Assembly: GCA_038247415.1 (NCBI GenBank)
Contig: JBBRUX010000004.1
Location: forward strand, 32,001 to 96,000
DNA: 64,000 bases
Direction: 5' to 3'
Source of the DNA: Chitinivibrionales bacterium
GTDB lineage: Bacteria > Fibrobacterota > Chitinivibrionia > Chitinivibrionales > WJKA01
Translations under genes and position numbers: made by a program
Shown here: one piece after another, positions 47,943-58,310 of the stretch
Numbering within the stretch: position 1 is the stretch's first letter
Layout: every line of letters starts with the position of its first letter
Notes under the pieces: model-generated
Told to the model about the DNA's origin: nothing
Databases searched by the model: none
The model's input: the letters and a program-made list of their open reading frames with translations, nothing else

Positions 47943-48794
47943 ATGAACTCCTCTTTTAGAGTCTGCCTAATCATTCCTCCTGGTTATCAACACGCTGCGT
48001 GTTTTCTAGAAACAGCAATCCTTCTAAAACATGCGCTCGCTGATAATGGCTATGCATGCGATATAGTTCCCAATGAATTCTCCCGAGAACGCATCAATAT
48101 AGTCTTAGGCGTGCACCTCTTGCTATCGGGCGAGCATCTTAACAATGTGCGCTATATTGCCTACCAGCTCGAACAGCTCAGCGAATCCGAAGGCGTGCTC
48201 TCTGAAAATCTTCTAAACGTATTGCGAAATGCTACTGCGGTATGGGATTATTCTCAGGAAAATATCGATTTCTTAAAAAAACAGGGAATTGTTGCAACAT
48301 TGGTTCCCCCTGGGTATCATGCAGCGCTCGAACAAATAAACCAAGCGACACAGAGCGATTTCGACTTCCTTTTTTATGGAAGTATTGGACCACGCCGTGC
48401 CGCTATCCTCAATGCGATTTCCTTACAAAAACATATTCGGTTAAAAACGGCTTTTGGGATTTATGGCGCAGAGCGAGACAAACTTATTGGATCCTCAAAG
48501 ATAATTCTCAATATCCATCACTATTCTGCGCGAATTTTTGAAGCGGTAAGAATAAGTTACCTGCTTAACAACCGATGTTTTGTGATAGCCGAGGAATCCG
48601 CAGTTAATCCGTATCCCCACGTACCCATAGCGTGCGCTCCCTACGAAACGTTCGCAGCAACATGCATGCGCTATCTAGAGAACCCCAACCAAATCGATGA
48701 GCTTCGTTTGGAAGCATATGATTGCTTCAAGAAATTCTATCCGATGACCGAAATCATTGCAGCCGCACTAAAAGATTCGAAGATTTCACTCTAG
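47943..48794 (+). CDS. glycosyltransferase-like protein (GT-B related)
   Basis: YQLEQL, VWDYS.EN, DFLFYGS..PRR, YG.ERD.LI..SKIILNIH.Y...IFE.VRISYLL.N..FVI.E. Confidence 0.6.
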   Translation: MNSSFRVCLIIPPGYQHAACFLETAILLKHALADNGYACDIVPNEFSRERINIVLGVHLLLSGEHLNNVRYIAYQLEQLSESEGVLSENLLNVLRNATAVWDYSQENIDFLKKQGIVATLVPPGYHAALEQINQATQSDFDFLFYGSIGPRRAAILNAISLQKHIRLKTAFGIYGAERDKLIGSSKIILNIHHYSARIFEAVRISYLLNNRCFVIAEESAVNPYPHVPIACAPYETFAATCMRYLENPNQIDELRLEAYDCFKKFYPMTEIIAAALKDSKISL

Positions 48795-48858
48795 CACATT
48801 GAGTGGGATCAATAATGTATTTTTAAACAATTATTCACTTTTTGTTTTAGGCTCTTGT

Positions 48859-49245
48859 ATGCATTTAATTCCCTTCAAAAAAGTACTTGACTGCTGGATA
48901 CTCCTGCTCTTTGTTGCCGTACCAATAAATTGGTCTATGCCTTCAAAACAAAACTATATACAGTTTCTAGCCGGTTTTGAGATCATTAAAAACGACACAC
49001 ACCAATCTCATGCTCAAATTCGCCAACGTATGGACCAATTAACAACGCTGAGTGGGGTAACAGCGGCAGAAATGCAGGCTTTTATTGGTACATTTCGCAA
49101 TAAGCCAGCAGATTGGAAATTGATTCAGGAAAAAGTGCGGCTTTATTTATCCGAAACATCTTCCGATACCGCATCATTGCAAAAACAAAATTCGACACAA
49201 TCGCCTCTTAAAATGAAGATAGTAAGTCCAAAGAAAGGAACCTAA
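48859..49245 (+). CDS. small exported/membrane hypothetical protein (DUF4296-like helical pattern)
   Basis: Hydrophobic N-terminus; GVT...M..F...F...P..W..I...V; ends 1 bp before trxA. Start uncertain. Confidence 0.5.
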   Translation: MHLIPFKKVLDCWILLLFVAVPINWSMPSKQNYIQFLAGFEIIKNDTHQSHAQIRQRMDQLTTLSGVTAAEMQAFIGTFRNKPADWKLIQEKVRLYLSETSSDTASLQKQNSTQSPLKMKIVSPKKGT

Positions 49246-49246
49246 C

Positions 49247-49576
49247 ATGTCTGCAGCTCTTTTTCAATTTACCGATGCTAATTTCGATGCCGAAGCACTC
49301 AAGTCAACCGTTCCCGCAATTATCGACTTTTGGGCAGAATGGTGCGGCCCCTGTCGCATGCTCACTCCCATTATCGAAGAATTAGCAGCGGAATATGGGT
49401 CAAAAGTCAAAATCGGAAAACTCAATGTTGATGAAAATCCAGCAGTAGCTTCTCGCTATGCTGTTTCAAGCATACCAACTATTCTTTTTATTAAAGATGG
49501 GAAAATTATGGATCAGCAGGTTGGTCTTTTAGCAAAATCTGGTCTTAAAGCCAAAATCGATCAATTACTTAAGTAA
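49247..49576 (+). CDS. trxA: thioredoxin
   Basis: DFWAEWCGPC, KLNVDEN, SIPT, 109 aa. Confidence 0.97.
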   Translation: MSAALFQFTDANFDAEALKSTVPAIIDFWAEWCGPCRMLTPIIEELAAEYGSKVKIGKLNVDENPAVASRYAVSSIPTILFIKDGKIMDQQVGLLAKSGLKAKIDQLLK

Positions 49577-49582
49577 AAACAG

Positions 49583-49617
49583 TGGTGCATCGCATTCAGG
49601 GTGCACTAGTAATTTTT
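49583..49617 (+). terminator. probable trxA terminator
   Basis: TGGTGCATC/GGTGCACTA stem with G-U pairs, then GTAATTTTT. Confidence 0.45.
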
Positions 49618-49720
49618 CCAGAATCGCAAGTATCCTTCTGTGTAAATACAAACACCATTTTAGCGATTAAGCATTCTCTATAGGGAAACAATCCGTTACA
49701 ATTTAGGAATAATTGGCATC

Positions 49721-50866
49721 ATGGTATTATTTCTCGCAGCATTCTTCTGGATTTCTATTGGCCTTGTTGCTTATAGCTATCTCATATATCCTCCCCTCAT
49801 TTCGATCTGCGCCCATCTTTTTGGTTTGGCAATTACAAAAGATAAAGCTATACGCCCTTCGGTTGCGTTTCTTGTCCCAGTCTACAACGAAGAAAAAGTC
49901 CTTCGCAAAAAAATAGAAAACATTCTTTCTCTTAACTATCCTTCCGACAAGCTTTCCATATGGCTTGGATCAGATAGTTCAACAGATGGCACACATACTA
50001 TTGTAAAAGAATTCACCGACCCCCGCATTCATCTATGGATCGCTCCTACTCGCGGTGGTAAAACACAAGTGCTTAATCAAATGGCCCCTATTGTCCCTGC
50101 CGAGATTTTAGTGTTTACCGATGCAAATACCATGCATGCACAGGAAAGTCTTAAGTACCTTGTTGCCTCATTTGCAGACAATAAAGTTGGTTGCGTTGCT
50201 GGCCACATAAACCATCTCGATCCGGGATCAGAAGTGTCTGGCGAGGTAACGTATCGATCATTCGAATCCAACCAAAAACGTGCAGAAGGCAGACTAGCCT
50301 CTACTATTTCTGCTTATGGAGGTTTTTATGGCATACGTAGGGAATTATTCAAACCGATACCCTTCAATGCTTACTCAAACGATGATGTGCTCATCCCCAT
50401 GAATGTCCTTCGTCAAGGATTTAGAGTGGCTTTTGAATCCCGTGCTATTTCACAAGAAGATACAACCAACAACCGCTCTGTTGAATTCCGAAGGCGCATT
50501 CGCATAGGTGCCGGAAATTTCCAAGCGTTTTTCTGGTTGCTCGATTTTCTTAATCCCCTTAAAGGATGGGTGTGGTTATCATATTGCTCACACAAAGCAA
50601 TTCGCTGGTTTTCTCCGATTCTATTGCTGCTTGCTGCGTGCGCCTGCATAGCTCTTATCATTACTCGGAGTGGACTCATATATGATGTACTTGGACTCTG
50701 TGCCACACTCTTTGTATGCATCGGTATTTCACATACCATTATCCCCCTTCGACTGACAAAGGCAATTTTTTATTTTCTTTCCATGAATACCGCCCTTTGC
50801 CTTGGCCTTATTCGCTATTGCAAAGGCATTAAATCTGCTGCGTGGTCTACTACCCAACGTAGCTAA
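49721..50866 (+). CDS. glycosyltransferase family 2 (membrane-bound, PgaC/IcaA-like)
   Basis: VPVYNEE, SDSSTDGT, GK...LN, FTDAN, NDD, EFRRRIRI.AG..Q, SHK.IRW; N- and C-terminal TM helices. Confidence 0.9.
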   Translation: MVLFLAAFFWISIGLVAYSYLIYPPLISICAHLFGLAITKDKAIRPSVAFLVPVYNEEKVLRKKIENILSLNYPSDKLSIWLGSDSSTDGTHTIVKEFTDPRIHLWIAPTRGGKTQVLNQMAPIVPAEILVFTDANTMHAQESLKYLVASFADNKVGCVAGHINHLDPGSEVSGEVTYRSFESNQKRAEGRLASTISAYGGFYGIRRELFKPIPFNAYSNDDVLIPMNVLRQGFRVAFESRAISQEDTTNNRSVEFRRRIRIGAGNFQAFFWLLDFLNPLKGWVWLSYCSHKAIRWFSPILLLLAACACIALIITRSGLIYDVLGLCATLFVCIGISHTIIPLRLTKAIFYFLSMNTALCLGLIRYCKGIKSAAWSTTQRS

Positions 50867-50893
50867 TATCACCCATTCGATAAGAACCATTCT

Positions 50894-51904
50894 ATGCGCT
50901 ACCGGACTCTTGGCACAACAGGCATTTCTATTTCGGAGATAGGCTGCGGGACGTGGGCTCTTGGGGGTCTTTGTTGGGAGGATGGTCGCAGCAGCGGATG
51001 GTCGGGGCACATAGACGAACAAGAAATCAAAAAAGCTCTTTACCATGCTCTTGACATGGGAGTTAACCATTTTGACACTGCAGATGTTTATGGCAATGGA
51101 AAATCAGAACAAATGCTCGGACGCATCTTGTTAACCCGTCCCGAAAATCTTGTCATTGCTTCCAAAATAGGATATTTTAAAGGCACTGCTGCCCACGCAT
51201 ACGAACCACACCATATCATGCGTCAATGCGAACAATCGCTTCTCAATCTCAAGCGCGACCATCTGGATATTTACTATTTCCACCATGCAAACTTTGGACC
51301 AGCCGACTGCTATCTCGATGCTGCACTTGAAGCAATGCACACCTTACGCGATCAAGGAAAAATTAGAGCCATTGGAGTCTCGGCGTATGCAGCGCGAGAT
51401 TTTATAAGACTTGTTCCGCGTATCAAACCCGATGTCCTCCAAAGTTTTGCTCATTGTATCGACTATCATTTTATAGCACCCAACTCCCCTGTCATGAATC
51501 TCTGTAAACAGCACGGATGCAGCTTTATCGCTATGAGTCCACTTAGTCAAGGAATCCTTACGGGGAAATACCTCAACTCGCACAATCCCACATTCCCCAG
51601 CGGTGACCATCGAGAAAGATCAGAAAAGTTTAAAAATCACAATCTTACCAAAATCAATGCTGGAATCAAGGACATGCTCAATCGATTTGGGCCTGATCCA
51701 AAAGATCTTATTGCAGCCAGCCTTGGTTTTATCCTTGCTCACAAACATGTGGCAGGTGTTATTCCCGGGTTTAGAAATCTAACCCAACTAACAACCAATG
51801 TAGCGGCGGCTCAGTTTTCTTGCAATGGAGAAGATCTGGCATTTATTCGCAAAGCATTTTTAGACAACGACCAATCCGCGGCTATTCCTGAGTCGAGCAA
51901 ATAA
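50894..51904 (+). CDS. aldo/keto reductase
   Basis: LG.TG..ISEIG.GTW, FDTADVYG.G.SE, ASK, SL..L..D.LDIY..H, GKIRAIGVS, SPL..G.LTGK, IPG. Confidence 0.93.
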   Translation: MRYRTLGTTGISISEIGCGTWALGGLCWEDGRSSGWSGHIDEQEIKKALYHALDMGVNHFDTADVYGNGKSEQMLGRILLTRPENLVIASKIGYFKGTAAHAYEPHHIMRQCEQSLLNLKRDHLDIYYFHHANFGPADCYLDAALEAMHTLRDQGKIRAIGVSAYAARDFIRLVPRIKPDVLQSFAHCIDYHFIAPNSPVMNLCKQHGCSFIAMSPLSQGILTGKYLNSHNPTFPSGDHRERSEKFKNHNLTKINAGIKDMLNRFGPDPKDLIAASLGFILAHKHVAGVIPGFRNLTQLTTNVAAAQFSCNGEDLAFIRKAFLDNDQSAAIPESSK

Positions 51905-52018
51905 AACTCATTTAACGATGCTATAACATCCCGAATGTTTTCTAATTATTTTTGTAGAGAGAGAGCTTTTGGCACTAAGAGTAAAAAAACTTTTTAAATC
52001 CTTCGAAAGGATCACCTC

Positions 52019-52276
52019 ATGATCAATAAAGAACTTCTCGAAATCCTTTGCTGTCCCGAAACAAAACAAGATGTAACCATTGCAGACAACATCCTGATTG
52101 CTGCAATTAACAAGGCTATTTACGCGCAAGAATTATCAACGCGAGGCGGAACGCTTATTAAAGAAAAAATCGATGCAGGACTGCTGCGCGAAGATAAAAA
52201 ATATTTATACCCAATACGATCCGATATTCCTGTTATGCTTATCGACGAAGGAATTCCCTGTGAGAAATTTCTTTAA
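52019..52276 (+). CDS. Trm112 family protein
   Basis: LLEILCCPETK...YPIR.DIPVMLIDE. Confidence 0.85.
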   Translation: MINKELLEILCCPETKQDVTIADNILIAAINKAIYAQELSTRGGTLIKEKIDAGLLREDKKYLYPIRSDIPVMLIDEGIPCEKFL

Positions 52277-52329
52277 ACTTTATTGAGCATCAAGCAATGG
52301 CTTACGAGCTCTAAACTAGTTAAAACACC

Positions 52330-53568
52330 ATGCTTTTTTTCGCAGATTTGCACATTCATTCCCCCTATTCAAGAGCAACTTCAAAAGCGCTCCATCTGCA
52401 AAATCTTTATTGGTATGGGAAATTAAAGGGACTCTCAATTATTGGCACCGGCGATTGTACCCATCCAATCTGGCGAAGCATTATTGCAGAGCAGCTCACA
52501 GAAGATGGAGATGGTCTACTTTCTTTAAAAAAAGGCTGCCTACCCACAGAGGCTCTCTGGAATAAGCCAAACACGTCCAAAGATATGCGCTTCATGCTTA
52601 CCGGGGAAATTAGCACCATTTACAAATGGAACAATAAAACCCGCAAAGTGCATCATGTGGTATGTCTTCCGAGTTTACGTGCCAACGAACAATTTTCCAA
52701 AAAGCTTGCCACCATTGGAAATATCCACTCAGACGGCAGACCTATCCTGGGTATTGACTCACGCAATCTTCTCGAAATACTCCTCGAAGTATCGCCCGAT
52801 GCGGTGCTCATTCCAGCACATATCTGGACCCCTTGGTTTTCGGTACTCGGATCAAAATCTGGTTTCGACTCTATTGACGAATGCTATCGGGATCTTTCGA
52901 GTCATATTTTTTCTGTCGAAACCGGGCTTTCGTCTGATCCACCCATGAACAGGCGCGTTTCTCAACTCGATAGATTTACCCTTGTTTCCAATTCCGATGC
53001 CCATTCTCCGGGAAACCTCGGGCGCGAAGCAAATATCTTTTCGTGCGATCAAGGCTACAATCCAATAATGAAGGCATTGCGCACGGGAAGTGGCTTCGAC
53101 GGCACACTCGAATTTTTCCCCGAAGAAGGCAAATACCACCACGATGGCCACAGAGCGTGCAACATTTGCTTTTCACCACAAGAAAGCATTTCCCACAAAG
53201 GGATATGCCCTGTTTGCAGATCGCCTCTCACACTCGGAGTAGCCTATCGCGTCGAGCAGCTTGCCGATCGCGCAATGGGAACAAATTCCCCACGTGGTCA
53301 AACATTTCGTCATGTCTATGCTCTCGATTCTACAATCGCCCAAATAGTTGGTGTTGGTGTAGCGTCAAAAAAAGTGCAGAAAGAATATTTCAGACTGATT
53401 AACCTCTTAGGCTCAGAGCTGTACATTTTGCTTTCTGCACCCCTTGCCTCTATTGCAGCTGCTAGTACAGATACTCTGGCATTTGCTATCGATCGCATGC
53501 GTAAAGGGATTGTTTCCACAAGCCCTGGCTATGACGGTGAATACGGGAGCATCTCTCTCTTACCATGA
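52330..53568 (+). CDS. endonuclease Q family (PHP domain + Zn finger)
   Basis: ADLHIHS.YSRATS, GTGD..HP.W, PAHIWTPWFS, SNSDAHS, GKYH.DGHR.C..C...CPVC, PGYDGEYG. Confidence 0.9.
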   Translation: MLFFADLHIHSPYSRATSKALHLQNLYWYGKLKGLSIIGTGDCTHPIWRSIIAEQLTEDGDGLLSLKKGCLPTEALWNKPNTSKDMRFMLTGEISTIYKWNNKTRKVHHVVCLPSLRANEQFSKKLATIGNIHSDGRPILGIDSRNLLEILLEVSPDAVLIPAHIWTPWFSVLGSKSGFDSIDECYRDLSSHIFSVETGLSSDPPMNRRVSQLDRFTLVSNSDAHSPGNLGREANIFSCDQGYNPIMKALRTGSGFDGTLEFFPEEGKYHHDGHRACNICFSPQESISHKGICPVCRSPLTLGVAYRVEQLADRAMGTNSPRGQTFRHVYALDSTIAQIVGVGVASKKVQKEYFRLINLLGSELYILLSAPLASIAAASTDTLAFAIDRMRKGIVSTSPGYDGEYGSISLLP

Positions 53569-53709
53569 TTACAGCCATCGTTGTAGATCGCTTCAAAGCA
53601 TTTCTATTGCCTGCCAACAATAGGTTTTGGCGTTAGCTATTTTTTAGATGTATAATTGATTCAATTGCCAGGATAGTTTTAGACATTGAAATATCACGTT
53701 GGAGATACC

Positions 53710-54714
53710 ATGACCGCCTCGATGCAAAATCGTCTTATCGCCTATGGCACCCTTGTTATTTTGCTTGCGGTAATCATTGGAACCCATCTTTTATGGCTCT
53801 GTGTATTCTTGCTTTTTTTATATCTCTTTACCGATGTATTTATTTCAACGGTACGCAAAATCATACCACAAATCTCAGCACGTTTTGCATTATGGATTTT
53901 TTATATTTTGCTTGTATCATTCATGACATTTCTTGGAATTAGGGTAGTCCCTCTCTTTTTTTCAGATTTTCCTGAGTATTATGCGCTTGTCATCCGCGAT
54001 GGTGCTATCTTTCTCAATTCACTCTCCGAACGCTATGGACAAACAATCGATTTTACGGCGTTGTCAAATATCCTCTTTGCGCACAAGAATGCATCCATTA
54101 GTGTTGTTGTCATGATAATCAACAAAGTTTCCAAAGGATTCATTTATTTTCTCTTTGCTGTAATCCTTAATTTTCTTATCATTTCGGAACGTGATAGAAT
54201 CATGCAGGTTTTTGCCGAGCGCAAAGACTCTATTCTTGCCTATGTTTCTAACTTTCTAACGAGCCGTATTATCCATTTTTATCGCTATTTTAAATCTGTT
54301 ATGGGTGGGCAAGTTGTCATCTCGCTCATCAACACAGCAATCACCTTTGTAATTATCATGATACTCGGACTTCCGCATAAAATCAGCCTTGTAACAATTG
54401 TCTTTTTGTGCGGATTGCTCCCTGTGGTTGGAAATCTGATATCAAATACCATACTTGCTATTACTGCACTTGTTTCAACTGGTTTTGTTGCGCTTGTTAT
54501 TTGTTTAAGCTTGCTGATTGTCATTCACAAGCTCGAATATTTCCTCAACAGCCGCATAATAGGCTCGATTGTTCGCTTGCCCATGGCGCTAACGCTTATC
54601 GCCCTGCTCACCGGAGAAGCTCTCTTGGGCATTTACGGAATGATTATCGCTGTGCCAGTATTTTTGATAGTGCGGGATGAGCTTGCGTCATTGCGGATTA
54701 AGAAAGATATCTGA
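53710..54714 (+). CDS. AI-2E family transporter
   Basis: Multiple TM helices; GQV.ISLIN, LP.VGNLISN, HKLEYFLN.RIIG, G.IIAVP; GGAG RBS before ATG 53710. Confidence 0.88.
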   Translation: MTASMQNRLIAYGTLVILLAVIIGTHLLWLCVFLLFLYLFTDVFISTVRKIIPQISARFALWIFYILLVSFMTFLGIRVVPLFFSDFPEYYALVIRDGAIFLNSLSERYGQTIDFTALSNILFAHKNASISVVVMIINKVSKGFIYFLFAVILNFLIISERDRIMQVFAERKDSILAYVSNFLTSRIIHFYRYFKSVMGGQVVISLINTAITFVIIMILGLPHKISLVTIVFLCGLLPVVGNLISNTILAITALVSTGFVALVICLSLLIVIHKLEYFLNSRIIGSIVRLPMALTLIALLTGEALLGIYGMIIAVPVFLIVRDELASLRIKKDI

Positions 54715-54838
54715 AATTTCGTTGCACTCGCGGGCAAAATCCATGGGTCAAGCTTTGCCCATCACTCTCATGTGATATTCCCCACCAAGAAGAGAAAATT
54801 TGGGGAAAGCTCTGCGCTTCCCCCGCAAAGACATGATA

Positions 54839-55363
54839 CTACTTCTTTTTATCCAACACTTTATTCCACTCAGCAATTTCCTTCTTCATTTTTTCTAAAA
54901 GTGGCTTTGTGTCACCCTCTACTTCAACAACATCTATTCGGTCTTTATTAATAATGCTATTGACAACTGCCATATCTTTATCGCTTTCAACTTCACCAAA
55001 TACCGTATGCTTTCCGTCCAGCCAATCTGTCGGTACGTGGGTGATAAAAAATTGACTACCATTAGTACCTGGCCCCGCGTTTGCCATCGAGAGTATCCCA
55101 GGCTTATCATGACGTAATTCCTTAACGATTTCGTCTTTGAATTTATACCCAGGCCCACCGGTTCCATTACCCTTTGGACATCCTCCTTGAACCATGAATT
55201 CTTCTATAACTCTATGAAAAGAGAGATTATTGTAAAATCCTCGCTCAATGAGGTTAACAAAATTTGCAACGGTAAGAGGTGTTTGCTCTGAAAACAGCTT
55301 AAGCCGGATCGAGCCTTTTTCTGTTTTGATAATTGCCACAAGATCGTTTTCATTTTTAGTCAT
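54839..55363 (-). CDS. cyclophilin-type peptidyl-prolyl cis-trans isomerase
   Basis: [52 protein letters not shown]. Confidence 0.95.
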   Translation of the reverse strand: MTKNENDLVAIIKTEKGSIRLKLFSEQTPLTVANFVNLIERGFYNNLSFHRVIEEFMVQGGCPKGNGTGGPGYKFKDEIVKELRHDKPGILSMANAGPGTNGSQFFITHVPTDWLDGKHTVFGEVESDKDMAVVNSIINKDRIDVVEVEGDTKPLLEKMKKEIAEWNKVLDKKK

Positions 55364-55443
55364 GATGATAAAGCTTTCTAAAATGAGGTGTTTTAATCGA
55401 GCAACAATACAACGCCGTTAAGCGAGCGTGTTGATTTTACCTA

Positions 55444-55833
55444 TCAAAAATAATTATGATTTGATGATATACCAAGGAATTTGTAGGTCAAAGCCTCACG
55501 GAGCTGCACATGTATTGGCCCATCAAACTTTTTTTCTGTAAATGAATCGCCGATGTCGTCTTTATACTCGATAATTTCTATCACGGCACCAGGAAAATAT
55601 TTCTGGGGTTTTTGGCAGAAAAATAAAAGTCCTGAATTAATTGGCCTGAGCATCTTCTCAGGGCCTCTAGCAATCTGCATTTGTCGGCAAAGGTCTTCCA
55701 TGGGCAGCGTATGAGCGGTCTGGTAAAGCGTGCTACCGGTTTGTTGCAAAAAGGAACGAATCAGCCCCATATCAATATCATCGAGCGATGCGTTTTGATT
55801 AATACGGTCATCAAAAGGGATTCTGGCTGCCAA
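55444..55833 (-). pseudogene. internal fragment of an AlbA_2 (Schlafen-like)/HATPase_c_4 family gene
   Basis: AARIPFDDRIN...LDD.D..LI..FL...GS.L...LCRQM.I..GP....P.N.GLLFF...P.KYFP.A.I......EK.F.GP...QLREAL matches the middle region of that family. Both terminal domains are absent. Confidence 0.65.
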
Positions 55834-56112
55834 GATACTATTCGCGGGGCATACACATCTTTTCCCCCGCCATTCACAATAGCTAGAAATGTGGTATCAA
55901 CATTACCCGGCTCCCCCACTCCAAGCGCACGCTCAAATGTTCCATTGATAATTATTATGTATAATGCGACCAATTAAATATCCCCGTGGTATATAAGAAT
56001 GATATACCATAAAACTTCTTTAATAAAATTCACACCCTCTCTTTGTATTTCTAAGTCGATTAATTATTGTAACTCTTTGTAAAATAAAGATTTAATTAAA
56101 TAGCTCGCTATT

Positions 56113-56128
56113 TGGCACACCTTTTGCA
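56113..56128 (+). promoter_or_regulatory. sigma54 (-24/-12) promoter
   Basis: TGGCAC-ACCTT-TTGCA, an exact consensus, 63 bp before ATG 56192. IHF-like TAACTCTTTGTAA at 56070-56082 and palindrome TGGTATAT-N7-ATATACCA at 55987-56009 lie upstream. Confidence 0.8.
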
Positions 56129-56191
56129 TTATCCATCACTAGTTTCTCAGAATTTACATGTTTAAACTATCACATATTTTCAGGAGGGGTT

Positions 56192-57148
56192 ATGAAGCTT
56201 ATTTATGGATTCTCATTTGCTGCTACGGTTATGTGTGCGTCACTGTGCGCAGCAGATGCATCAGTTTCAATTAATACAACAACCGACTCGGTAAACCAAC
56301 AGCAATCAACCGTGATTACGCTAGAAAAAAAGAATGATACTGCCAATAATCTCACAGAATCCCAAAAAGAAGATTTAGAGGATGCCGCACAAGAAGCTGC
56401 ACAAGTTTCTCGTGAGGCAGCACATCAATGTCGCATGGTTCAAAAGGATGAGTGCATTTCAGAGCGTTCTATGCATAAAAGAGGCCATGCGCTTGGATAT
56501 AGTGCCCCTTCGATTATCATGCTTAACATGAATGGTATTAAAAACCTCAAGGACATGGAATCAACGTTACAAAATAAAGTATTTCCCTTCGAAGAGAATC
56601 GGTTTTTTATGCTTGGATTTGGTGGGTACCACGAATCACCCGAAGGCATTCGCGTTGGTGGAATGTGGTCTGCTGGCTACCGCGCTTTTCAGAGCAAAAA
56701 ATATACTACCAACGATACTCTGGGGATTCATGACTCCGCAACCATTCTTCGCATCATTCCTGTGTATGGCGGACTCACCGTTGACAAGGCAATATATCTT
56801 GGACCAACCAGCATTTCTCTTGGGGGTCTCATAGGCGGCGGCGTATATATTGTCAATAAAAAGTCCTACGATGTTTCTGGTGGAGATATTTTTACTCACG
56901 TCAATGTGGACACATCCACAAGCGATTCATCAAACTCTCAAGAATCAATTGATTTTGCGTTTGCACCATTTTTAGCACTCGAAGCACATACTTCTGTGAC
57001 TATTGAGCTTGCACCGCTTTTTCAAACTGCTCTGGAAGGCTTTGTCCTGGCAACTTATTCTCCCGAAGGGTATGGCCCAGCAACAGGGGATTTTTGGAGT
57101 GTCAGCCCTGGCATAAGAATCCGTCTTATTTTTGGAAAAGCAAACTAA
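56192..57148 (+). CDS. exported Gly-rich beta-barrel-like protein, paralog 1
   Basis: Signal peptide; LGFGGY...GIRVGG, YGGLTVDK, GGLIGGG, F.ALE.H, C-terminal SPGIRIRLIFG. Confidence 0.7.
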   Translation: MKLIYGFSFAATVMCASLCAADASVSINTTTDSVNQQQSTVITLEKKNDTANNLTESQKEDLEDAAQEAAQVSREAAHQCRMVQKDECISERSMHKRGHALGYSAPSIIMLNMNGIKNLKDMESTLQNKVFPFEENRFFMLGFGGYHESPEGIRVGGMWSAGYRAFQSKKYTTNDTLGIHDSATILRIIPVYGGLTVDKAIYLGPTSISLGGLIGGGVYIVNKKSYDVSGGDIFTHVNVDTSTSDSSNSQESIDFAFAPFLALEAHTSVTIELAPLFQTALEGFVLATYSPEGYGPATGDFWSVSPGIRIRLIFGKAN

Positions 57149-57184
57149 ATTCTTAAAGCACGTAAAATTTACTAAGGAGCAATT

Positions 57185-58174
57185 ATGAACACCCTCTCTG
57201 TTTTATCATGTGCAGCTCTTTTGTGCACAACGCCTTATGCTTTTGCACAAACTCTGCAAAGCGTTTCAGATAGCGCACAACAATCGGTAACTACAGTGCA
57301 ATCGAGTGCACTACCAGCCGAAAAAACCGATACAAACGCGATTTTGTCCGATACTGTTATGAAAATTACCGCGACCCATCAAAATGGCGGGTGCATGCAT
57401 GAAAAGACAAGCTTTCGAGTCAACCGTGACGGTACTTGCATTATCAAAGAAACCAAGGACACCGTTTACACAATAAAGCAACCCGATCCAGAAACAGTAT
57501 CAAAATCTTTTCGTCAAAGGCTAAACGACCTACGCGTTCGCGGCTTTGGTGGTGGCGGCGGACCGGTCTGGGATGTTTACGCAATTAATATCGCGCCGGT
57601 GGTAACATTGCTTAAAGCTGACAAAGCTCTTTCATCCCGCGATTTTGGTTTTAACAACTTTAACGAAGAACCATTCATTATGAAGGGCGGTATGGGATTT
57701 GGCGGACTTGGGAATGGACTGCGGCTTGGTGGTATTGGCCTTTCGGGGGAACGAAAAATTGTGAGCGATCATTTTTCTGGAGACTCTGCCATTTTACTTA
57801 CGGTAAAAGTTAACACAGGCGGATTTCTCATAGAAAAAGCAATGGTTCACGATCGAATGAACTACGTTGCCGGTGGGTATATTGGAGGGGGCTCTATGCA
57901 AGCGAGCGTACAAACTATTTCGGGCAAAATTTCAAGCTTTACTCGAGACAGCGATACTCCATCAAAAGAAAACCCACAGCCAAGCACAGCGTCCTTTGCC
58001 TCCCTGGAATTACATGGCGCAGTTACATACACCCTCTATGCATTCATGCATGTTGGCCTCGGCTTAAGCATGCCAGTGTTCATCTCGACAAATGGCTTTG
58101 AAACGTATCCCTCACAATTTGTAACAGTAAACCCCGGGCTTCAGCTTAAAGTGATTTTTGGGAATCTTGGATAA
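57185..58174 (+). CDS. exported Gly-rich beta-barrel-like protein, paralog 2
   Basis: Signal peptide (AFA-Q); RGFGGGGG, GGMGFGGLGNGLRLGGIG, GGFLIEKA, GGYIGGG, ELH...TY, VNPGLQLKVIFG. Confidence 0.75.
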   Translation: MNTLSVLSCAALLCTTPYAFAQTLQSVSDSAQQSVTTVQSSALPAEKTDTNAILSDTVMKITATHQNGGCMHEKTSFRVNRDGTCIIKETKDTVYTIKQPDPETVSKSFRQRLNDLRVRGFGGGGGPVWDVYAINIAPVVTLLKADKALSSRDFGFNNFNEEPFIMKGGMGFGGLGNGLRLGGIGLSGERKIVSDHFSGDSAILLTVKVNTGGFLIEKAMVHDRMNYVAGGYIGGGSMQASVQTISGKISSFTRDSDTPSKENPQPSTASFASLELHGAVTYTLYAFMHVGLGLSMPVFISTNGFETYPSQFVTVNPGLQLKVIFGNLG

Positions 58175-58310
58175 TCTCACATGCAGGGTATACGAAGACC
58201 CTGCATCATTCTTTGACATGCAAAACGACCAACAATTCCACGAGGTTGATAACACAACGTATTTTTATTGTTACATTATTTTTTTTACTAACTCTTTTGA
58301 GGATTTCCGC

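Noticed and set aside
55407..55436. ATACAAC...GTTGATT hairpin as an integron attC site beside the AlbA_2 relic
   Set aside because: Only ~30 bp, well below attC length; no L boxes and no other cassettes.
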